Positions 58,446 to 64,000 of a stretch of DNA of 64,000 nt are shown here, one piece after another. Location: assembly GCA_965217185.1 (NCBI GenBank), contig OZ244252.1, positions 3,808,001-3,872,000 of the forward strand. Reading direction: 5' to 3'. The position numbers and the translations under genes are program-made. Position 1 is the first letter of the stretch. Every line of letters starts with the position of its first letter. The notes beneath the pieces were generated by a model. That model was not told where the DNA came from. It did not search any database and was given only the letters and a program-made list of their open reading frames with translations. This stretch comes from an uncultured Candidatus Entotheonella sp. GTDB taxonomy: Bacteria > Tectomicrobia > Entotheonellia > Entotheonellales > Entotheonellaceae.

Positions 58446-59651
58446 TTACGACAGGGCGCGTTGCAATTCGGCGACGCGGTCGGCGGCTTCCCAGGGGAAT
58501 TCGGGGCGGCCGAAGTGGCCGTAGGCGGCAGTGGGGCGGTAGATCGGGCGTAGCAGGTCGAGGCGTTGAATGATGAATTCCGGGCGCATGTCGAAGATAT
58601 CCTGGATGGCCTGGCCGATTTTCTCTTCCGAGACGGTGGGATTCACGGTGTCGACCCGCACGCTGACGGGATTGGCGTGGCCGATGACGTAGGCGATCTG
58701 CACCTCGCAGACGTTGGCGAGTTCGGCCGCCACGACGCATTTGGCGATGTAGCGGGCCATGTAGGCTGCCGAGCGGTCCACCTTGCTCGGATCCTTGCCG
58801 GAGAAGGCGCCGCCGCCGTGGCGTCCCATGCCGCCGTAGGTGTCGACGATGATCTTGCGGCCGGTCAGGCCCGCGTCCGCCTTGGGGCCGCCGTACAGGA
58901 AGGCGCCCGTGGGATTGACGAAGATTACGGTGCTGTCGAGCTTGTCGCGCTCGGCGTCCATCATGCTGTGGGACAGCAGGCGGTCGGGGATGACCGGCTT
59001 GATGACGTGCTCGATGAGGGCGGCGCGCAGGTCGGTGAGTTTCAGGTCGGGGCTGTGGTGCGTGGAAATCACCAAGTTGGCGATGGCCACGGGCACGTTG
59101 TCCTCGTACTCAACCGCTACTTGGGCCTTGCCGTCCGGGTACAGGCCGGGCACGATGCCCGCCTTGCGCACCTCGGCTAGACGCCCCGTGAGCCGGTGGG
59201 CAAAGTAAATGGGCGTCGGCATCAGTTCCGTGTCCACGTCGTTCAGGCGGGCTTCCTTGGTGGCGTAACCGAACATCATGCCTTGATCGCCGGCGCCCTG
59301 TTCCTTGAACAGCCCCTCGCCGCCGGACACGCCCTGGGAGATGTCGGGGCTTTGCGGCTTCATGTGCACCTGCACCTCGCACGTGGCGGCGTCAAAGCCG
59401 ATGTCCGCCGAGGTGTAGCCGATCTCGCGCACCGCTTCGCGGGCGACGCTCTCGATGTCCAGTTCGTTCAGGACGGATTCACTCACCTCGCCGGTGATCA
59501 CGACCAGATTTTCGGAAACCAGGGTCTCGCAGGCCACACGGGCCTTGGGATCCAACGTCAACGCAGCATCCAGGACGCTATCCGATATCTTGTCGCAGAC
59601 CTTGTCCGGGTGGCCTTCCGTTACGCTTTCCGAGGCAAAGGTGGCACGCAT
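58446..59651 (-). CDS. metK: S-adenosylmethionine synthetase
   Basis: [25 protein letters not shown]. Confidence 0.98.
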   Translation of the reverse strand: MRATFASESVTEGHPDKVCDKISDSVLDAALTLDPKARVACETLVSENLVVITGEVSESVLNELDIESVAREAVREIGYTSADIGFDAATCEVQVHMKPQSPDISQGVSGGEGLFKEQGAGDQGMMFGYATKEARLNDVDTELMPTPIYFAHRLTGRLAEVRKAGIVPGLYPDGKAQVAVEYEDNVPVAIANLVISTHHSPDLKLTDLRAALIEHVIKPVIPDRLLSHSMMDAERDKLDSTVIFVNPTGAFLYGGPKADAGLTGRKIIVDTYGGMGRHGGGAFSGKDPSKVDRSAAYMARYIAKCVVAAELANVCEVQIAYVIGHANPVSVRVDTVNPTVSEEKIGQAIQDIFDMRPEFIIQRLDLLRPIYRPTAAYGHFGRPEFPWEAADRVAELQRALS

Positions 59652-59754
59652 GGATTCAGTTCTCCTTCGGGGATGCTGGTAGACGTTTTGCGGGGGTTTG
59701 CGAAGGGCACATTCTAGCACAGCGCCCGTGGCGTCGCATCCCGAGGCGACCGGT

Positions 59755-60372
59755 TCAGCTTCCGCTACTCGGCTGCGACTTCGTGGTTGGCGCCAACCAC
59801 GGCATCAGCCGCTGCCACAGGCGCAGGCGGCCCTCGTGGTTGTGGGACGAAAACAGCGTCAGCGGCTCGTCGTCCGGCAGGGCGAGGCCGCGGCGGATTT
59901 CCTGCTCGTGGGCGGCACGCTGGTTGCGTTTCACCTTGTCGGTCTTGGTGGCGACCGTCAGCACGGCGACCTGCTTGTGCAGCAGCCATGTGCGCAATTG
60001 GCAGTCCAGCTCACTGGGCGCGTGGCGAAAATCGACGATGTGCACCACGGCGCGCAGCATGTCTCGGCGTTTCATGTACGCCTCTACCATCGGTCGCCAA
60101 CTCGCCTGCATCTCGCGCGGCACCTTGGCGTAGCCGTAGCCGGGGAAGTCGACAAAGCTGAATCGTTCATTAACCACGAAGAAGTTGATGGTGCGCGTCT
60201 TGCCGGGCGTGCCGCTGGTCTTAACCAGGTTCTTGCGGTGCAACAGGGTGTTGATGAGCGAGGATTTGCCGACGTTCGAGCGTCCGGCGAACGCCACTTC
60301 GGCGAGCTGTTGGTGCGGATACTGCGTCGGCGAAGCGGCGCTGGTAACGAATTCGGCGCTGACGATTTTCAT
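59755..60372 (-). CDS. engB: Ribosome biogenesis GTPase YihA/YsxC
   Basis: [24 protein letters not shown]. Confidence 0.96.
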   Translation of the reverse strand: MKIVSAEFVTSAASPTQYPHQQLAEVAFAGRSNVGKSSLINTLLHRKNLVKTSGTPGKTRTINFFVVNERFSFVDFPGYGYAKVPREMQASWRPMVEAYMKRRDMLRAVVHIVDFRHAPSELDCQLRTWLLHKQVAVLTVATKTDKVKRNQRAAHEQEIRRGLALPDDEPLTLFSSHNHEGRLRLWQRLMPWLAPTTKSQPSSGS

Positions 60373-60387
60373 GTCGTGTACCTTGAA

Positions 60388-60419
60388 GTAGGTCGGATTA
60401 GCGTAGCGTAATCCGACAT
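60388..60419 (+). repeat. GTAG REP element
   Basis: GTAGGTCGGATTAGCGTAGCGTAATCCGACAT. Confidence 0.88.
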
Positions 60420-60423
60420 TCCG

Positions 60424-63180
60424 CTATCTAAGCGCTCTCAGGTCTCTGCTGCGGTGCCGGTGATCCTCCGCGCGACGGTGCACGATGGCTTCCAACTCGT
60501 CATACGAATAACCCGGCGCGGCTGCCCGGGTTGCTTGGGCATTCTGCCAACGGGCTGTCCAGGCAGCGGGCAGGCTGATCTGGCGCACCGCGACTTCCGC
60601 TACGAAGACGCACAGGGCCGCCAGCACGAACCACGGCCAGAAGTCGTTCAGCGGCCGCCCCGGTCCCGACGGGAGATCGGCTTGCTGCGCGGTGCTGAAC
60701 AAGATGCCGGCGGCATCCTCGGGCGCGTCGGCCTGCAGCACTTGGCCGCCAGTGCGTTCCGCCAGGCGGGCCAGCAGGTGGCGGTTGACGTCCAGCCCCA
60801 GGTATTCCGCCGAATAGGGCAGGGTGATGCCGACGGTTTTCGGCCCGATGGTTGCTTCCCCCTGGCGACCCACGAGGCTCAAAAGATACTCGCCGCGACC
60901 GCTGACGGCAAACCGCCCCTGGTAACGGCCCGGCGCCGTCTGCGTCAGTTCGAGAGGCAGGGTGTCCTTCCCCGGCGTCAGCACGCGGCTGCCCTGCAGG
61001 TCGAGGCGGTTGACGAAGCGGTCCTCGGCATCATACACGTCGGCTCGCACGATGGCTTGCCCCTCGCGCACGTCCACCCGCACGTCAACGCTCTCGGGCG
61101 TGCCCGTCCGCTGCACCCAGCGCACGAGCTGGGCGGCGAACTGGCCGAACTGCGGCCAGCGCAGCCAGTCCTTGCCCCAGCGCGGCCCCAGATCGGCGGT
61201 GAATGCCGCGGTGTGTCCCAGGCCGTAGCGTTGCACCGCCAGCAGCGGGTCGTCGTTCGGGGTGGTGAGCAGCACCTCAGCGGCCGGCTTGCCGTAGGTC
61301 ACCACGTAGCCGTGCAGCGGCGGCGCCGCGTCAATCTCCACGCCCCGCAACAACTCGTGATTGCGCTGCAAGAGCGGCTGGAACGCGCCTTCCTCGATCA
61401 GGCTGCGCGACACCAGAATGGTCTCGGCGGTGAAGATGCGCGGGATGTTGAGAGCGTCGTTGGTGTAATAGCTCCGCCCCTTGCCCCAATGCGCAATGGC
61501 GTCCATGAGGGTGCGGTCGGCGTCCTGCCCCAACGCCACCGTGGTGACGGTGATGTTGTCGGCCACGGCGTCACGCATCAGCGACTCGAACGCCATGTTC
61601 GGCGTCAGACCGTCGGACAGCGCGATCAGATGCTTCTTCACCGCCGACACGTCGCGCAGCGTGCCGAGCCCCTCCTGCAGGGCCTTGAACAGATCGGTGC
61701 CGCCGCCGTGGGTGAGGGCGGCCAGCCGTCCGGCGATCTGCTCGCGCTTGCCCGCCTCGCTCATCGGCACGTTCCAGTCCCACTCGGCGTTGAAGGCCAG
61801 CACCCCCACCTGGTCGAAGGGATTGAGCAGCTTCATCGACGAAAAGGCGGCGATCTTGGCCACCTCCAGCTTGGTGGTGCGGTCGCCGAAGCCCGACGAC
61901 GGGGCGCCGCTGACGCTGCTGCCCATGCTGTCCGAGCGGTCGATGACCATGACCATCGCCAGGCTGGGGATCGACACCTTGGTGGGCACGTCCATGTCCA
62001 CCGGCAGGATTTTCTCCAGCGGCGTGCGGTAGTAGCCGCCGGCGCCGAAGCTCTTTTCGCCGCCCAGCATCAGCACGCCGCCGCCCATGTCGCGCACGTA
62101 GCGCTCCAGCACCTCCATCTGCGACACCGAAATGCCGAAGCCGGGCACGTTGTCGAAGACGAGGGCGGCGTACTCCAGGTAATCGCTGAGCATGTGCGGG
62201 AGGTCCTGCCACGGGCGGCTGCGCACGTCGAGGCCCTGCTGCTGCAGCGCCTGCACGAGCGGCGAGTCCTGGTCGGGTGGGTCGTAGAGCCGCAGCACCT
62301 TGGGGCGGCCGCGCACCTCGGTGAAGGTCTGCCAGTGGTTGTTCTCCGGCATGGTGTCGCGTGGGCTGTTGACGATGATCTGGTAGAGCTGCATGCCCTC
62401 GGCCTTGGCCTGCTCCAGGAAGCGGTGGCGGTTCTTGCCGGGCCGCAGCACGACCTCCTGCCGCGCCACGAAGGACCCCTCGCGGAACAGCTCCAGCGAC
62501 GCCGGGGTTTCGATGCTGCTGAAGACGACGGCCTCGATGTGGTAGGGCGTGCCCATGCGCACCTGCTTGGGGGCGACCAGCTTTTCCACCCGCACCTCGG
62601 GCTCCTGCTGACCGCGTCCCAGCGGCACCGGGAAGACCGACACGCCGAGGGAGCGGGCGATCAGCACGGCCTCCGCCGCCGAGGCGACGTTCTCGTTGCC
62701 GTCGCTGAGCAGCACCAGCCGCTTGGCGCCCTCGGTGGGAAAGCTGGCGGCGCTGACCTGCAGCGCGCGGGCGACGTTGGTGGCACTGCCGTCCACCTCC
62801 GAGGCGATGTCGGGCAGGCTGAAACGCTTGGCAACGCCGTGCTCGAGAAAGGCGTCGGCACCGAACACAACGAGCCCGGCGCCGTCTTGCGGTCGTTTGG
62901 CGCCACTGACGGCGCCGATGAAATCGAGCGCCTGCTGGCGCACCGCGGCGCTGACGCTATGCGACAGGTCAAGCGCGAAGACGACGTTGGCCTGCTCGTA
63001 GGGCTGCGTCAGGGCGAAGCGTACCAAGCCGCCAACCAGCAGCAACAGCGCCAGCAGCCGCAGGACGCTGAGCAGACGCCGCCGCAACGGCGCGAGCCGT
63101 CGGGGCGTACGGCGTAGCCACAGAAGCAGCAACGGCGCCAGCAGCAACAGGGCGATGAACCAGGGATAGAGTACGCGCAT
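60424..63180 (-). CDS. Membrane protein with two VWA domains and a glutamine amidotransferase-like domain
   Basis: DLSHS and DRSDS MIDAS motifs, LLSDG, GG..SFGAGGY. Confidence 0.85.
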   Translation of the reverse strand: MRVLYPWFIALLLLAPLLLLWLRRTPRRLAPLRRRLLSVLRLLALLLLVGGLVRFALTQPYEQANVVFALDLSHSVSAAVRQQALDFIGAVSGAKRPQDGAGLVVFGADAFLEHGVAKRFSLPDIASEVDGSATNVARALQVSAASFPTEGAKRLVLLSDGNENVASAAEAVLIARSLGVSVFPVPLGRGQQEPEVRVEKLVAPKQVRMGTPYHIEAVVFSSIETPASLELFREGSFVARQEVVLRPGKNRHRFLEQAKAEGMQLYQIIVNSPRDTMPENNHWQTFTEVRGRPKVLRLYDPPDQDSPLVQALQQQGLDVRSRPWQDLPHMLSDYLEYAALVFDNVPGFGISVSQMEVLERYVRDMGGGVLMLGGEKSFGAGGYYRTPLEKILPVDMDVPTKVSIPSLAMVMVIDRSDSMGSSVSGAPSSGFGDRTTKLEVAKIAAFSSMKLLNPFDQVGVLAFNAEWDWNVPMSEAGKREQIAGRLAALTHGGGTDLFKALQEGLGTLRDVSAVKKHLIALSDGLTPNMAFESLMRDAVADNITVTTVALGQDADRTLMDAIAHWGKGRSYYTNDALNIPRIFTAETILVSRSLIEEGAFQPLLQRNHELLRGVEIDAAPPLHGYVVTYGKPAAEVLLTTPNDDPLLAVQRYGLGHTAAFTADLGPRWGKDWLRWPQFGQFAAQLVRWVQRTGTPESVDVRVDVREGQAIVRADVYDAEDRFVNRLDLQGSRVLTPGKDTLPLELTQTAPGRYQGRFAVSGRGEYLLSLVGRQGEATIGPKTVGITLPYSAEYLGLDVNRHLLARLAERTGGQVLQADAPEDAAGILFSTAQQADLPSGPGRPLNDFWPWFVLAALCVFVAEVAVRQISLPAAWTARWQNAQATRAAAPGYSYDELEAIVHRRAEDHRHRSRDLRALR

Positions 63181-63260
63181 CTGGGGATTCAGTTCTGAGT
63201 TCTGGGTTTCATGAAAACGTGCATGTTAAAGAGTTTTGGCAAAGACGCGAAGCGCATGAA

Positions 63261-63301
63261 TCCCCTCCCCCCAACCGCGGGGGAGGGTTAGGGAGAGGGG
63301 G
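63261..63301. repeat. Dispersed palindromic repeat
   Basis: TCCCCTCCCCCC..GGGGGAGGGTTAGGGAGAGGGG. Confidence 0.7.
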
Positions 63302-63370
63302 AGTTTTCCGGCACGGCTGGTGCTGGCGATGTAGCCTCGCTTCGTACGAGGCCCCGCTACGGCAAAAGCA

Positions 63371-64000
63371 TCAGTCTGCTGCCGCGGCCGCATCGTCGTT
63401 GTAGGCTCGCTCACCCACTTCGTCGTGCTCGTCCTCTGGGTCGTCAAACTCCTCTACAAACCCAGCGGAATTCAGAGCGTTCCAGAAAACGTCGCGACCG
63501 CTTGATATCGGCTTCCCCATCGCTTTGCCGATCAACTCCAGCATCGCTTCGCCACGCTCGACAAAGCACCCGGTAAAGTCATCACTGGCCAATAGTTGGG
63601 GATTCAGCCAGTGTGATCGCAGCACTCGGTGAAGGGTGTCGGGACTGATAGCGTTCTGCGCCAATCGGGGCAGGTAAACCGAGGGCGCGCGACCGCCAAT
63701 GCTTTTGTTGGTGCTGGCGTCAATGGGCGTCTTGTTGATGATTGAGTTGTACAGGCGAGGCGGTACCCTCGGGTCGGCATCCTGTTCACACCATCGCCTA
63801 GGAAAGATGTGATGAATGTCAATGTTCTCCTGGAACCATTCTGCGAGTACTAGCGGATTGGCCGTGCGCCAGTCTGCTGCTCCGCTTTTCATCTGCAATG
63901 CGTAGAGCCCTTTGTAAGCGGCACTGTTGCGAGTACGTATGGACAGCAGACGCGCCGGAACAAAATCGGCTTCGCTGACCAGGGTCGGTTCCGGGCCGCC
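63371..64000 (-). CDS. C-terminal part of a GmrSD-like (DUF262/DUF1524) protein
   Basis: IDIHHIFP...N.TP....N..I...P..YL His-Me finger; the frame is open to the window end. Confidence 0.75.
   Translation of the reverse strand, partial: GGPEPTLVSEADFVPARLLSIRTRNSAAYKGLYALQMKSGAADWRTANPLVLAEWFQENIDIHHIFPRRWCEQDADPRVPPRLYNSIINKTPIDASTNKSIGGRAPSVYLPRLAQNAISPDTLHRVLRSHWLNPQLLASDDFTGCFVERGEAMLELIGKAMGKPISSGRDVFWNALNSAGFVEEFDDPEDEHDEVGERAYNDDAAAAAD

Noticed and set aside
59652..59754. Possible SAM riboswitch upstream of metK
   Set aside because: Short intergenic region with no recognisable consensus; an Rfam scan would be needed
60454..63117. 887-aa plus-strand ORF and similar long antisense ORFs (10839-12458, 44501-46336, 53329-54804)
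   Set aside because: Shadow ORFs of real GC-rich genes, with no recognisable motifs

Overview
GC-rich bacterial chromosomal window. Gene content and style resemble sponge-associated Tectomicrobia/Nitrospinota-like lineages; this is inference only. (1) 1-9.8 kb: a Type I restriction-modification operon (hsdM-hsdS-hsdR, minus strand) stuffed with cargo: BrnTA, a DUF433/PIN toxin-antitoxin pair, Fic remnants, an unknown coupled gene pair, a duplicated hsdM 3' end and an IS5-like element. hsdR carries an in-frame palindromic REP insertion. (2) 9.9-29.2 kb: GT2, a peptide ABC transporter, CysZ/EI24, NfeD-stomatin, an MTase plus putative REase islet, msrB, NAD-linked formate dehydrogenase with mobA, an EF-P with an atypical PGN loop and an oxidoreductase. 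(3) 29.6-47.9 kb: an 18-kb co-directional respiratory supercluster. A cytochrome bd subunit I-like protein (no CydB, canonical glutamates replaced) and three membrane c-type cytochromes sit directly upstream of a complete A1-type heme-copper oxidase with heme A/O synthases. These are followed by a cytochrome c, a USP-USP-PCP_red-rubredoxin-PCP_red protein, Mrp and a Cys-rich PCP_red protein. (4) 48-64 kb: a nuclease-DinG helicase, two more Type II RM islets (one REase frameshifted, one Eco29kI-like), a ParE remnant, HD hydrolase/DUF2203/aminopeptidase, metK, engB, a VWA protein and a partial GmrSD-like gene. Several REP-like palindrome families occur, some contributing start or stop codons or coding sequence. 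No rRNA, tRNA or CRISPR array was recognised. All family calls come from motif recognition by eye, not database searches.
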